Notes: generated from the letters alone by a model not told the origin. A stretch of DNA of 64,000 nucleotides from Bacillota bacterium (GCA_030691635.1 JAUYEF010000221.1:13929-77928); one strand, 5' to 3'; counted from the first letter of the stretch, positions 1 to 9,387 are shown. Numbers and translations: made by a program.

Positions 1-756
1 GATTCCCACGGGCCCTATCAGGTCTGCCTCAACCTTGCCTGAGATCATCATGATGATGCCTTTCGCCCAGATCACCGTGACCGCGCCTGTCTGGATGATC
101 CCAGAGATGACAGCCTGCGCCGGGTTCTGGCGTACCATCACGACCGTGGGGCGGACACCCACGTAGCCCTTCGTCGGGTCATCGGGGTTCTTCGACGACA
201 TCACGTCCAGGCTGAGGGTCCTGCCCTCCCGCTCCACGGTGAACACGACTTTCTTGTTGGGGTTTGCGTGGATGACCCTGACGATGCTGTCCCAGTCTTT
301 GACCTGTTCGCCGTTCATGGCGACGACCTTGTCGCCGGCGCGCAGGCCGGCGGCATCCGCCGGGAACCCTTTTACAGCTTCCTGTATCACCGTCGTGGGC
401 TGGCCGACTCCCGCGAACGCGAAGAGCCCGGCGAAAAGCACCGCGGCCAGTACGAAGAAGCTCAAAGGCCCGGCTCCGATGACCGCCATCCTCTGCCACA
501 CGCTCTTCTGCAGGAAGCTTCCTCCTGATGACGCATCCTCGCCCTGTTCGCCGGCCATCCGCACGTAACTGAAGAACGGCAGGAGGCGAAGAGAGAACTC
601 GGTTCCCTTACGGACGAAGGAAGCGAGCTTGGGCCCGAAACCCAGCGAGAACTCGTGCACGGTTATGCCCACTCGCTTCGCGACTACGAAGTGGCCGAAC
701 TCGTGGATGAACACCAGGAACCCGAATATGAACACGGAGACGATGAAGTTTTCCAA
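1..756 (-). CDS. rseP: RIP (site-2) zinc metalloprotease RseP/RasP, N-terminal part; the gene runs off the left edge of the window
   Basis: Absent from the ORF track because no stop lies in the window. My translation of the reverse strand from TTG at 756 gives LENFIVSVFIFGFLVFIHEFGHFVVAKRVGITVHEFSLGFGPKL..., which has the HExxH motif, followed by a PDZ-like segment (GFPADAAGLRAGDKVVAMNGEQV). The frame is open to base 1 (252 codons). It starts right after the dxr stop, as in Bacillota synteny. Confidence 0.85.
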   Translation of the reverse strand, partial: MENFIVSVFIFGFLVFIHEFGHFVVAKRVGITVHEFSLGFGPKLASFVRKGTEFSLRLLPFFSYVRMAGEQGEDASSGGSFLQKSVWQRMAVIGAGPLSFFVLAAVLFAGLFAFAGVGQPTTVIQEAVKGFPADAAGLRAGDKVVAMNGEQVKDWDSIVRVIHANPNKKVVFTVEREGRTLSLDVMSSKNPDDPTKGYVGVRPTVVMVRQNPAQAVISGIIQTGAVTVIWAKGIIMMISGKVEADLIGPVGI

Positions 757-1923
757 CTACTGGACACCCTCTCTTGCGATTCGCGCCGCCTGGGCGAAAG
801 CTGCGGCCCTTCCATACGCGTCTGCTTCCAGTATTTCCCGAATGCAGGAACTTCCCAACACCGGCGCGCCGGCCAGCACGCTTTCGACGATCTCCGCTAT
901 GTCCAGAAAGCCTATCCTGCCTGCCAGGAATTCTCGTACCGCCACCTCATTCGCGGCAGACATCACCGCAGGCAGTGCGCCGCCCGCCTCGCCGGCCTCG
1001 TAGGCCAGACGAAGCAGCGGGAAAGATCCTGTATCCGGCATCGCGAACGAAAGGCTTCTCTCACGCCACGGATCATATCGCCTGACAGGCCCCGGAATCC
1101 TTTCCGGGTACGTCAGCGCGTACTGGATGGGCAGCCGCATGTCAGGCAGGCCCATCTGCGCAAGGACCGCCCCATCGGCGAACTCCACCATAGAATGCAC
1201 TATGCTTTCACGGTGCAGAGTCACCACGATCGAGCCGTATGCGACACCAAACAGGTGAGAAGCTTCGATGACTTCCAGGCCCTTGTTCATGAGGGTGGCG
1301 GAGTCGACCGCTATCTTAGGCCCCATCCGCCAGTTTGGGTGGCAGAGCGCTTCCTCCACGGTGACGCGCGCGAGCTCTGGGCGCGTCCTGCCTGCGAACG
1401 GGCCCCCGGAAGCGGTCAGGATTATCCGCGAGACCTCGGCGGGAGACGCCGCCCGGATGCACTGGAAAACGGCGCTGTGCTCGCTGTCCACCGGGACCAC
1501 GGTGGCTCCTCGTTCGCGCGCCCTGGCCATCACATGTGCGCCCGCAGCCACGATGCTTTCCTTGTTCGCGAGCGCCACGACGAGGCCGGGTCTCATCGAC
1601 TCGTAAAGAGGCTCGAGCGCAGCCACCCCGGTTATGGCCACGACCAGAATGCTTGCATCAAGTCTGGCGAGATCCAACAGGCCTTCCGGCCCGGACAACA
1701 CAGTCGGGACCAGGCGGCGCAGCGCCTCAAGAGACTCGCCCGCCACGCCCTTCGCCACGCAGACCACCTCGGGGCGGAACAGCCGGCACTGCTCGAGTAG
1801 AAGGTCGATATTCGCCCCGCACGAGAGGCCGGAAACCACGAACCTCTCGGGGTTCCGAGCGATCACATCAAGGGTCTGGACACCTATGTTTCCGGTGGAC
1901 CCCAGGACCACGACGCCTTTCAT
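757..1923 (-). CDS. dxr: 1-deoxy-D-xylulose 5-phosphate reductoisomerase
   Basis: 388-aa ORF. N-terminal NADPH fold MKGVVVLGSTGNIGVQTLDV, then LANKESIV and the EHSAVFQC block typical of Dxr. Lies between cdsA and rseP as in Bacillota synteny. Confidence 0.95.
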   Translation of the reverse strand: MKGVVVLGSTGNIGVQTLDVIARNPERFVVSGLSCGANIDLLLEQCRLFRPEVVCVAKGVAGESLEALRRLVPTVLSGPEGLLDLARLDASILVVAITGVAALEPLYESMRPGLVVALANKESIVAAGAHVMARARERGATVVPVDSEHSAVFQCIRAASPAEVSRIILTASGGPFAGRTRPELARVTVEEALCHPNWRMGPKIAVDSATLMNKGLEVIEASHLFGVAYGSIVVTLHRESIVHSMVEFADGAVLAQMGLPDMRLPIQYALTYPERIPGPVRRYDPWRERSLSFAMPDTGSFPLLRLAYEAGEAGGALPAVMSAANEVAVREFLAGRIGFLDIAEIVESVLAGAPVLGSSCIREILEADAYGRAAAFAQAARIAREGVQ

Positions 1924-1942
1924 GCACGCCTCCAGGCCTGGT

Positions 1943-3010
1943 CTAGACCGTGCGCGAAGCTCCGGGCCAGCCAGGTATCAGGCCCGCGCGCACCACTGCT
2001 TTCAGCACTATCGCCGACAACGGGCCGATGATGATCCCGGCGGCTCCGAAAAAGCGGATGCCCAGGTACATCGATAGCAGGGTCAAGAGCGGGTGAAGCC
2101 CGGTCCGCTCCCCGATGATCTTCGTCTCCAGCACCTGCCTGGTCGCGCTCATGACGCCGTATAGCCCGAAAAGCATGACCCCGAAGACCGGGCTCCCGAA
2201 CACGAGGCTGTACAGTGCCCACGGCACGAACACTATTCCGGGCCCGACTATGGGCAGCACGTCCAGCAGGCCGGTGATTATGCCCAGCACCAGAGCATAT
2301 TCTGAGCCCATCAACGAAAGCGCCACTGTGACGATCGCCATCGTGACAAGCACAAGGATCATCTGGGCCTTGAGCAGCCCGACGGTGGACTCGAGCACCT
2401 CGGTCCTGGCCTGGGTAACTTTGCCCGTGGAGATGCCGGGGAAAACTCTCTGCAGCAGGCCAAGCAGCATGTCTTTGTCCCTGCTCACGAAATATGTCGC
2501 GATCACCGTCACGACGAACAGCCCGAACAGCGACGGCAGGCCCTTGACCCCTTCGAAGACAGCGCCCAAGAGTTTCTCCAGCGCGGTGTAGACCCGGCCA
2601 AGTTGCTGGCTCATTGTAGTCTGGAGCGGTGTCGGCAGCGCCGAAGCGAACTCGCCGATTGTCTTCGCCAGGTCTTCGACCATCCCGCTGGCCTGCTTGT
2701 AGTACTGTGGAAGGGAGCCAGAGAGGTTGAAGAGCTCCGTGAACAGCCTCGACAGGCCGATCCCGAGCACCGTGAGCATGATGCCGCATGCAAGCGCCAG
2801 CACCAGACCGCAGGCGAGCGCGCGCGAGATTCGAGCATTCTGCACAAGCCACCGCACGGCGGGCTCCATGGCCACCGCCAGCAGCACAGCGAGCACGAAT
2901 GGGAACACAAACGGCAGCACATATCCCACCAGCACAAAAGCGATGGCGCCATAGAGCAAGAGGTATGAAAGCGATACGAAGAAGCCCCTCAACCGGACAC
3001 CTCCCGTCAC
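1943..3010 (-). CDS. AI-2E family (PerM/YtvI-like) integral membrane transporter
   Basis: 355-aa polytopic membrane ORF. The C-terminal block LGIITGLLDVLPIVGPGIVFVPWALY...GLHPLLTLLSMYLG is typical of the UPF0118/AI-2E (YtvI) family. Confidence 0.75.
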   Translation of the reverse strand: MTGGVRLRGFFVSLSYLLLYGAIAFVLVGYVLPFVFPFVLAVLLAVAMEPAVRWLVQNARISRALACGLVLALACGIMLTVLGIGLSRLFTELFNLSGSLPQYYKQASGMVEDLAKTIGEFASALPTPLQTTMSQQLGRVYTALEKLLGAVFEGVKGLPSLFGLFVVTVIATYFVSRDKDMLLGLLQRVFPGISTGKVTQARTEVLESTVGLLKAQMILVLVTMAIVTVALSLMGSEYALVLGIITGLLDVLPIVGPGIVFVPWALYSLVFGSPVFGVMLFGLYGVMSATRQVLETKIIGERTGLHPLLTLLSMYLGIRFFGAAGIIIGPLSAIVLKAVVRAGLIPGWPGASRTV

Positions 3011-3783
3011 CTGAGCGCCAGGAACAAGTAGTAGGCCACGGGCGCCACGAACATCAGACTATCGAACCTGTCAAGGATCCCGCCGTGGCCTGGTATCAGC
3101 GTGCCGGCATCCTTGACGGAGCAGAATCTCTTGATACAGGATTCCGCCAGGTCGCCGGCCTGCGCCGCGAGAGAGAGTATGATACCGGCAACCACCGACA
3201 GACCCGGCCCTAAACCCGTGAAGCGGGACAGCGCCCACACGGCTGCAGCAGATCCAGCCAGGCCCGCCCAGAAGCCCTCCCAGCTCTTGTTCGGGCTCAC
3301 GGAGGGTGCCATCTTATGCCGGCCGAAGCTCTTCCCGACGAAGTAGGCAGCAACATCGCACGCCCACGTCGCCGCGACGGCAGTGGCAGCAGGCCAGACG
3401 CCCAGGTCCCTCAACAGCACGATATGGGCGAAAGTCAACGGCACGTACACTATGCAGTATATGGTCGCCGCGACGTCGGACTGCCCTACTCTTCCTCCAG
3501 AAAAGACCGGCGCCAGCATCGAAGCCGGCACCGAGAGGACCACAGCCGCGAGCAGCAAGTCGAGCCTCCCCACATGGGCGGCCGCAACGATGGCAACCAT
3601 GCCGCCGTAGGCGACCGGCGTGACAATGTGAAGACCTTTACGACGGAGCATCAGGTCAAGTTCGCCTATCGCGATGCGCGAGACGACCAGGGCCAGGGCC
3701 GATAGCGCATAGCCGCCCTTGTACAGCCCGAAGAGCACCACGGGCCCAAGCAGGAGAGCGCCGACGATCCTGGCCGAAAGCAT
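3007..3783 (-). CDS. cdsA: phosphatidate cytidylyltransferase
   Basis: 258-aa membrane ORF with the CdsA signature SPNKSWEGFWAG...KDAGTLIPGHGGILDRFDS. Directly follows uppS. Confidence 0.9.
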   Translation of the reverse strand: MLSARIVGALLLGPVVLFGLYKGGYALSALALVVSRIAIGELDLMLRRKGLHIVTPVAYGGMVAIVAAAHVGRLDLLLAAVVLSVPASMLAPVFSGGRVGQSDVAATIYCIVYVPLTFAHIVLLRDLGVWPAATAVAATWACDVAAYFVGKSFGRHKMAPSVSPNKSWEGFWAGLAGSAAAVWALSRFTGLGPGLSVVAGIILSLAAQAGDLAESCIKRFCSVKDAGTLIPGHGGILDRFDSLMFVAPVAYYLFLALR

Positions 3784-3792
3784 ATCCTCACC

Positions 3793-4542
3793 TCATGGAG
3801 CCTTGATGCCGCCGAACCGCCTGTCCCGCCGCTGGTATTCGAGTATGCATGAGCAAAACTCTTCCGGGCTGAAGTCTGGCCACAGTAACGGGCACGAAAC
3901 AAACTCCGCGTACGCCGATTGCCAGAGCATGAAGTTGGAGAGCCTGAGCTCGCCGCTCGACCGGATTATCAGGTCTGGGTCGGGCATGCCGGCCGTGTAC
4001 AAGAGCGACGAGAAATCTTTCTCGTCCAGCGCCACGGCGATTTTGCCGGCCCTGATGAGCGAACACACGGTATTCACCGCGTCCATGATCTCGGCCCGGC
4101 CGCCATAGTTGAAGGCGACCTGGAAGTTCAACCTATCGCACGCTGCCGTCTCAGCTTCGGCGCGCTCGATCGCCCGGATGAGGTCGCGGGACAGGCCCTG
4201 GCGCCTTCCTATCACACGGATCCTGACACCGTTCTCACGGTTCTGCTCTATCCCGGAGTCAAGGTATTCCCTGAGGAGATCCAGGAGGCCGCTCACCTCA
4301 GCTTCGGGTCGTTTCCAGTTCTCAGTCGAGAAAGCGAACAGCGTGAAATATGGGATCCCTATATCGCCAGCGGTCCTGACTATACGCTTGAGCGTCTCTA
4401 TCCCGGCCCTGTGCCCCGCGATCCGTGGGAGCCCCCGCTTTCTCGCCCACCGGCCGTTGCCGTCAGGCACCACGGCGACGTGCGTGGGCACGGCGTTCGC
4501 CTTGATCATATTCAGGAGGTTTTCATGTTCTTTGGATCCCAC
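3793..4542 (-). CDS. uppS: isoprenyl transferase / undecaprenyl-diphosphate synthase
   Basis: 249-aa ORF with HVAVVPDGNGRWA, FAFSTENWKRP and RSSGELRLSNFMLWQSAYAEF motifs. Confidence 0.95.
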   Translation of the reverse strand: MGSKEHENLLNMIKANAVPTHVAVVPDGNGRWARKRGLPRIAGHRAGIETLKRIVRTAGDIGIPYFTLFAFSTENWKRPEAEVSGLLDLLREYLDSGIEQNRENGVRIRVIGRRQGLSRDLIRAIERAEAETAACDRLNFQVAFNYGGRAEIMDAVNTVCSLIRAGKIAVALDEKDFSSLLYTAGMPDPDLIIRSSGELRLSNFMLWQSAYAEFVSCPLLWPDFSPEEFCSCILEYQRRDRRFGGIKAP

Positions 4543-4562
4543 GGTAGGGCCTCCCGTTACCT

Positions 4563-4586
4563 AAAACCCCCGCCGCCCGGCGGGGG
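4563..4586 (-). terminator. intrinsic terminator candidate between the frr/PASTA unit and uppS
   Basis: The minus-strand RNA reads CCCCCGCC-GGGC-GGCGGGGG (8-bp GC stem, 4-nt loop) followed by UUUU. It lies 8 nt after the stop of the 68-aa ORF. Confidence 0.55.
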
Positions 4587-4593
4587 ATACCGT

Positions 4594-4800
4594 TCACAGG
4601 ACCAGTTCTGGAAGGGCGGGAGCTACCACCAAATGAACCCGGCCGTCTGCGCCCGTCCTTTGCCGTATGACCCTGAGGGCGCCACCGGGCCTGGGCCTCC
4701 CCGGCGGCGACGACTCTTCTATGTCAAATCCGACGTCCGATTCCCGGAGCACAGCCAGAGCAGCATCCAGCCGCAGCCCCGTCACCGACGGCACGGGCAT
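4594..4800 (-). CDS. small single-PASTA-domain-like protein (hypothetical)
   Basis: 68-aa ORF whose ATG shares one base with the frr stop (TGATG), suggesting translational coupling. VPSVTGLRLDAALAVLRESDVGFDIEE...GALRVIRQRTGADGRVHLVVA resembles the PASTA fold pattern (vPdv.G....A...L...gl......g.V..Q.P..G..v). Confidence 0.45.
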   Translation of the reverse strand: MPVPSVTGLRLDAALAVLRESDVGFDIEESSPPGRPRPGGALRVIRQRTGADGRVHLVVAPALPELVL

Positions 4801-5357
4801 CAGACTTCCATGATCTCCTTCTCTTTCAGTTCGAGGACGCGCTCCAGCTCCTTGACGTACTTGTCGGTGAGCTTCTGTACCTCTTCAAGTGCGCGGTGGT
4901 ACTCGTCTTCCGATATCTCCCTGTCGTCCTCGAGGCTTTCCAGAAGCTCATTCGCGTCGCGGCGATGGTTTCTCACGGCCACGCGCTCTTCTTCGGCCTT
5001 CTTCCTGACGGTCTTGACGATGTCCTGGCGCCTCTCCTGCGTCAGCTGAGGGATCACCAGCCTGATGACGTTTGAGTCGCTGGTGGGCATTATCCCGAGG
5101 TCCGACTTCATGATGGCCTTCTCGATGTTGCCGAGCTGCGTCTTGTCCCAGGGCTGGATCACCAGGAGCCTGGGTTCCGGCACCGCTATGGTCGCCAGCT
5201 GGTTGACAGGAGTGGGAACCCCGTAGTACTGGACTATCACTTTCTCAAGTAGCGCAGGGTTGGCCCTGCCCGCTCTGACGCCCGCAAGTTCCTTCCTGAA
5301 GACCTCAGCGGTCTTCCTCATCTGGTCCTCCGTGTCTTTGAGGATCTCCTTGATCAC
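4800..5357 (-). CDS. frr: ribosome recycling factor
   Basis: 185-aa ORF starting [41 protein letters not shown] start with a GGGAGGG Shine-Dalgarno 6 nt upstream. Confidence 0.95.
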   Translation of the reverse strand: MIKEILKDTEDQMRKTAEVFRKELAGVRAGRANPALLEKVIVQYYGVPTPVNQLATIAVPEPRLLVIQPWDKTQLGNIEKAIMKSDLGIMPTSDSNVIRLVIPQLTQERRQDIVKTVRKKAEEERVAVRNHRRDANELLESLEDDREISEDEYHRALEEVQKLTDKYVKELERVLELKEKEIMEV

Positions 5358-6081
5358 GTGCGTCCCTCCCCACGTAGGTACCTATGCTTTCTCCCATCAC
5401 AGCCCGCAGGATATTCCCACGCGCGCTTATGTCGAACACGATCATCGGGATCCCGTTATCCATGCAAAGGGAAGTGGCTGTGGCATCCATGACCCCCAGC
5501 CCTTTCCTTAATATGTCCATGTACTTGATGCTCTCAAAGCGCCTGGCCGCAGGGTTGGTGTTCGGGTCAGAGTCGTACACCCCGTCGGTGCCCTTCTTCG
5601 CCATGAGGATGACCTCGGCCTCGATCTCCGCGGCTCTCAGCGCGGCTGTCGTGTCGGTGGAGAAGTAAGGGTTACCGGTGCCGGCGGCGAATATCACGAT
5701 ACGGTTCTTCTCGAGATGCCGTATCGCCCTTCTTCGTATGTATGGCTCGGCGACCTCTCGCATTTCGATGGCCGTCTGGAGCCTCGTGGGCACACCCTGG
5801 TGCTCTATGGCGTCCTGCATGGCGAGCGCGTTGATCACGGTCGCGAGCATGCCCATATAGTCCGATGTGGCCCGGTCCATGCCCTTCGCGGCCCCGCGCG
5901 AGCCGCGCCAGATGTTTCCACCGCCGATGACCATCGCGACCTCGATGCCCATCTCATTGAGTTCTTTGAGCTCCAGAGCGATGGTATCGACGATCTCCCT
6001 GTCGATTCCGGTCCCTCTCGAGCCCGCAAGAGCCTCTCCGCTGATCTTGAGCACGACTCGCCGGTAACGTGGCGTGGGCAA
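5305..6081 (-). CDS. pyrH: UMP kinase
   Basis: 258-aa ORF with [21 protein letters not shown] and [20 protein letters not shown]. Its C-terminal tail extends 53 nt into frr. Confidence 0.93.
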   Translation of the reverse strand: MPTPRYRRVVLKISGEALAGSRGTGIDREIVDTIALELKELNEMGIEVAMVIGGGNIWRGSRGAAKGMDRATSDYMGMLATVINALAMQDAIEHQGVPTRLQTAIEMREVAEPYIRRRAIRHLEKNRIVIFAAGTGNPYFSTDTTAALRAAEIEAEVILMAKKGTDGVYDSDPNTNPAARRFESIKYMDILRKGLGVMDATATSLCMDNGIPMIVFDISARGNILRAVMGESIGTYVGRDARDQGDPQRHGGPDEEDR

Positions 6082-6108
6082 TCTTCAAACCCCCCGGGGA
6101 CTCGGTTT

Positions 6109-6711
6109 CTACAGAGGCTCGGCGACTTCAAACCTCACAAAGCGCCTGATCTGCATGTTCTCGCCGAACAGCGCGATCTTCTGGTTCAGAAGGTCCCGGA
6201 CGGTGATACTGTCGTCTTTGATGAACGACTGTTCCAACAGGCACGCTTCGGCGAAGAACTTGTCCATACGACCTTCGACGATCCTGTCCACGACCTTTTC
6301 CGGTTTGCCTTCCTCGAGCGCCCGTGCTTTCTGCACGGACCGTTCACGGTCCAAGATGTCCGCCGTGATCTCTTCGCGCGACAGCCATACCGGCCTCGCC
6401 GCCGCCACCTGCATCGCGATGTCGTGGGCGAACGCTATGAACTGTGGGCTTCTGGCCACAAAGTCCGTCTCGCAGTTGACTTCAACAATTACCCCGATCC
6501 TGCCTGCAAGATGGACGTAGCTTTCTATGACTCCGGCCTGCGCGGTCCGCCCGGCCTTTTTCGCGACGGTGACCAGGCCCTTCTGTCTTAGAAACTCTAT
6601 CGCCTTGTCCACCTCGCCCGCGCACTCGAGAAGCGCCTTCTTGCAGTCCAGCATGCCGGCTCCAGTGCGCTCGCGCAGTTGCTTGACCAGTTCTGTGGTG
6701 ACTTCAGCCAC
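6109..6711 (-). CDS. tsf: translation elongation factor Ts (short form)
   Basis: 200-aa ORF starting MAEVTTELVKQLRERTGAGMLDCKKALLE. GTG start with GGAGGG 6 nt upstream. Confidence 0.93.
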   Translation of the reverse strand: MAEVTTELVKQLRERTGAGMLDCKKALLECAGEVDKAIEFLRQKGLVTVAKKAGRTAQAGVIESYVHLAGRIGVIVEVNCETDFVARSPQFIAFAHDIAMQVAAARPVWLSREEITADILDRERSVQKARALEEGKPEKVVDRIVEGRMDKFFAEACLLEQSFIKDDSITVRDLLNQKIALFGENMQIRRFVRFEVAEPL

Positions 6712-6734
6712 AGGGTTCCCTCCTGTCTGGTTCG

Positions 6735-6772
6735 AAAAACAGGGCGACCGCTTCTACAGCCGCGAGTCGCCC
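6735..6772 (-). terminator. hairpin plus U-run (attenuator or terminator candidate) between rpsB and tsf
   Basis: The minus-strand RNA reads GGGCGAC-(internal CGC...GCG)-GUCGCCC followed by UGUUUUU, just before the tsf Shine-Dalgarno. Confidence 0.45.
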
Positions 6773-6788
6773 CATGTGAGCGGTTTCA

Positions 6789-7487
6789 CTATTCTACCAC
6801 TTGCACCCCTTGCTTACCTTCGAGCACTGCGTCGGCCATCTTCGAAGTCAGCAGGCGCACGGCGCGGATGGCATCATCGTTGCCCGGTATCATGTAGTCG
6901 ATTTCGTCCGGGTCGCAGTTGGTGTCGACTATGGCGACGATCGGGATGCCGAGCCTCCTGCACTCCGCAACTGCGATCCTTTCCTTCCGCGGGTCTATCA
7001 CGAACACGGCCTCGGGGAGCCCTTTCATGCCCTTTATGCCGCCGAGGACCTTGGCGAGTTTCTCCTTCTCGTGCAAGAGCCGCGAGACTTCCTTCTTCGG
7101 CAGTTTCTCGAACTCGCCTGACTGTTCCATCTCCTCAAGCTGCACCAGACGGTCTATCCGGCGCCTGATGGTCGCGAAGTTCGTCAGCATTCCGCCCAGC
7201 CAGCGTTCGTTCACGTAGAACTGCCCGCAGCGCTGCGCCTCCTCAGCGACCGACTGCTGAGCCTGCTTCTTCGTGCCTATGAAAAGCACGCGGCCTCCGC
7301 GGAACGACACGTCGCGCACGTGGTTGTAGCAGTCCTCGATCATCTTCACTGTCTTCTGCAGGTCGATGATGTAGATGCCATTGCGCTCAGTATAAATATA
7401 GGGCTTCATTTTCGGGTTCCAGCGCCTCGTCTGGTGACCGAAATGAACCCCTGCCTCCAAGAGCTGCTTCATCGTTATGACCGACAA
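6789..7487 (-). CDS. rpsB: 30S ribosomal protein S2
   Basis: The ORF track gives 6789..7613. The conserved N-terminus (M)[26 protein letters not shown] starts at the TTG at 7487, with GGAGG 8 nt upstream. The upstream 42 codons look non-coding. Confidence 0.93.
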   Translation of the reverse strand: MSVITMKQLLEAGVHFGHQTRRWNPKMKPYIYTERNGIYIIDLQKTVKMIEDCYNHVRDVSFRGGRVLFIGTKKQAQQSVAEEAQRCGQFYVNERWLGGMLTNFATIRRRIDRLVQLEEMEQSGEFEKLPKKEVSRLLHEKEKLAKVLGGIKGMKGLPEAVFVIDPRKERIAVAECRRLGIPIVAIVDTNCDPDEIDYMIPGNDDAIRAVRLLTSKMADAVLEGKQGVQVVE

Positions 7488-7628
7488 TACATACACCTCC
7501 GTGGGTTTTTTAGGGCGCTCCGCCCCGCCTCCGCCGCTTTCATCGGTCTCTCCCTGCCCCGCCGGCACCCAGAGAGCCATCAAGCAGCGTGTGAACTGCG
7601 CACGAACTGCCATCCCGTGCGCCGCTAG

Positions 7629-7973
7629 TTAGTATAGCATAACAAAAACAGCCAAAGCAAGGAAACCAATCGTAATGTCGATTATGCGCCCTTTTTGAGG
7701 GTCTTTCTCGGAGTCCGGTTTGTCGTGCTTGCCCATCTTCTTCTCATGAGATGGGCTTTCGCGGCGCCCACGCGTCCCGCCTGCCTCGCCGTCTTCGATC
7801 CGCGTGGTGTCCGCACGCTCGAGTTGCGCCACGCTGGCGTTCTTTCTTTCGAGGTCTCTCCTGAAGTCGTGCACCGCCTGTTCGCCGGCTGCGTTCGGCC
7901 GGTCGCGCGGCTGGCTCAGCCGGGCGCCCTCCTGGCTCTTCCCCACCGCTGTCTGAAGGTCAAGAGGTTTCAT
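7629..7973 (-). CDS. hypothetical tail-anchored protein, last ORF of the flagellar gene string
   Basis: 114-aa ORF that is charged and low-complexity, with one C-terminal hydrophobic helix (IIDITIGFLALAVFVMLY). It starts 13 nt after the fapA-like stop. I recognise no family. Confidence 0.4.
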   Translation of the reverse strand: MKPLDLQTAVGKSQEGARLSQPRDRPNAAGEQAVHDFRRDLERKNASVAQLERADTTRIEDGEAGGTRGRRESPSHEKKMGKHDKPDSEKDPQKGRIIDITIGFLALAVFVMLY

Positions 7974-7985
7974 CTGGTAGGCGCC

Positions 7986-9368
7986 TCACCTTCCCGAAAA
8001 GGCGATCTTGCCGTCGTCCGACATGTACGCCTGCACGTCATGCCACTGCTCTGTCACCAGGAGGCTGGACGCGCCCATCACTATGCGCGTTCCTGGGTGG
8101 ATCAAAGCGCACCTCACCCTGCCTTTTCTCGCCCGTGCGATCTCGCCGTCCATCTCATCCTTCTGAAGGCGCAGCGCTTGGGCCTCTTGTGCCAGGCCCT
8201 CCCGGTGCTGGAGCAGCTTTGACAGGCCGGCGCGGTGCGCAGAACTCGTCTTCAGGGTGGCGCGCCTCGATGAAAGCATCTCGATGGCCTGGTCGATCCG
8301 GTGGAGTTCAGCCTCTTTCCCCGACAGGATCCGGCCGGTCTCCGCCAGTCTTGCCCGCAGCGCAGGGTCCACACCGACCTCAATTGTCGTCGGCGTTGCC
8401 AGGCTGGAACCGATGACTTTCGCGCGCACCTCTTCACCCGCCTGTGTGAGGCCGCCTACGATGACCCCCTTGCCATCCGCCACCACAACCCTTGACTTCG
8501 CGGAAACGGTGCTGTGCATGACGGCGTCCCGGACGCGAATACTGCCCTGCGTCTCCACCGTCGCGTTTTCGACAAAGACGCAGGAGATGTCGCCACCTGC
8601 CCTGATGCGGCCCTTGCCGCTCCCCTGAATGCCTCTGCCCACGGTGAGGCCGCATCCTGCTTCCACGAGGTCTCCACTGACAAACCCCTTGACCTCGATA
8701 TTCCCGCAGGCTTCCAGCGAGAAGCCCTGCGCCACCGAACCCCTTACCACCACCGAGCCGACGAAGCGGATGTTACCCGTCTCCATGCCCACGTCGCCCG
8801 GCACTTCATACACCGTGAAGACGTGGATCGTGCCTGACCGGTCCACGGTCGCCTGACCGTCGACCGACGCGAACGCGCGAGCGCCGTCTTTGGAACAGCG
8901 CACGTTACTGCCCACCCGTAGGGGGAGCGTACGCGCCTGCCTCGCCAGGACGGGCTCGCCCCTGACCGAGAGCCCGTCCCGGGACTCGGAGGGCGGGATC
9001 CTGGCTGCAAGCTGGTCGCCTTCGCGGACGTTCGCGACCAGGTCCAGGTTCTTGAAGTCGACGCGACCGTCTGCAAGTTCGACCGGTCTTGCCTCCGCGT
9101 GGCGGCGGAACAGGTACTCGACAGACGAGTCGACGCCATGCACGGGCGGCGCCCCTTCCGCCACGACCAACGGCTGGCCCCACCTCTCCCCGGCTATGGC
9201 GTCCTCGATCTCGTCACGACGGACGGGGACCGTCACTCCGGCGCTCTGGATGACCGAGAGCGCGTGCTCGAGGGTCGGGGGGCCTTCCTCGTCCGGCGAG
9301 AGCACCACGATGGCTCTCATGCCGTCCGTGGTGATCTTGACCTCCACTTTGGCGACGTGCCTCTCCAA
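7986..9368 (-). CDS. FapA-family (DUF342) flagellar-assembly-associated protein
   Basis: The N-terminus (VEVKITTDGMRAIVVLSP...) and the long beta-helix-like repeats (GNIRFVGSVVVRGSV..GNIEVKGFVSG..IRAGGDISCVFVENATVETQGSIRV) followed by a coiled coil are typical of DUF342/FapA. Start chosen at TTG 9368 (GGAGG 10 nt upstream); the track ORF extends to 9491, into sigD. Confidence 0.8.
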   Translation of the reverse strand: MERHVAKVEVKITTDGMRAIVVLSPDEEGPPTLEHALSVIQSAGVTVPVRRDEIEDAIAGERWGQPLVVAEGAPPVHGVDSSVEYLFRRHAEARPVELADGRVDFKNLDLVANVREGDQLAARIPPSESRDGLSVRGEPVLARQARTLPLRVGSNVRCSKDGARAFASVDGQATVDRSGTIHVFTVYEVPGDVGMETGNIRFVGSVVVRGSVAQGFSLEACGNIEVKGFVSGDLVEAGCGLTVGRGIQGSGKGRIRAGGDISCVFVENATVETQGSIRVRDAVMHSTVSAKSRVVVADGKGVIVGGLTQAGEEVRAKVIGSSLATPTTIEVGVDPALRARLAETGRILSGKEAELHRIDQAIEMLSSRRATLKTSSAHRAGLSKLLQHREGLAQEAQALRLQKDEMDGEIARARKGRVRCALIHPGTRIVMGASSLLVTEQWHDVQAYMSDDGKIAFSGR

Positions 9369-9387
9369 CGTAGCCGGACCTCCAGTC

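Noticed and set aside
7488-7613. 42-codon N-terminal extension of rpsB in the ORF track (similar extensions exist for fliP, flgD, flgB, fliI, the fapA-like gene, the ABC genes and the SIMPL gene)
   Set aside because: The conserved protein N-termini begin at internal start codons preceded by GGAGG-type Shine-Dalgarno sequences. The extensions overlap upstream genes or regulatory hairpins.
7590-7625. 7-bp hairpin (GCGCACG...CGTGCGC) after the last flagellar-string ORF, considered as the operon terminator or an rpsB leader element
   Set aside because: No U-run follows it on the minus strand, and I know no conserved Firmicute rpsB leader that it matches. It is left uncalled.
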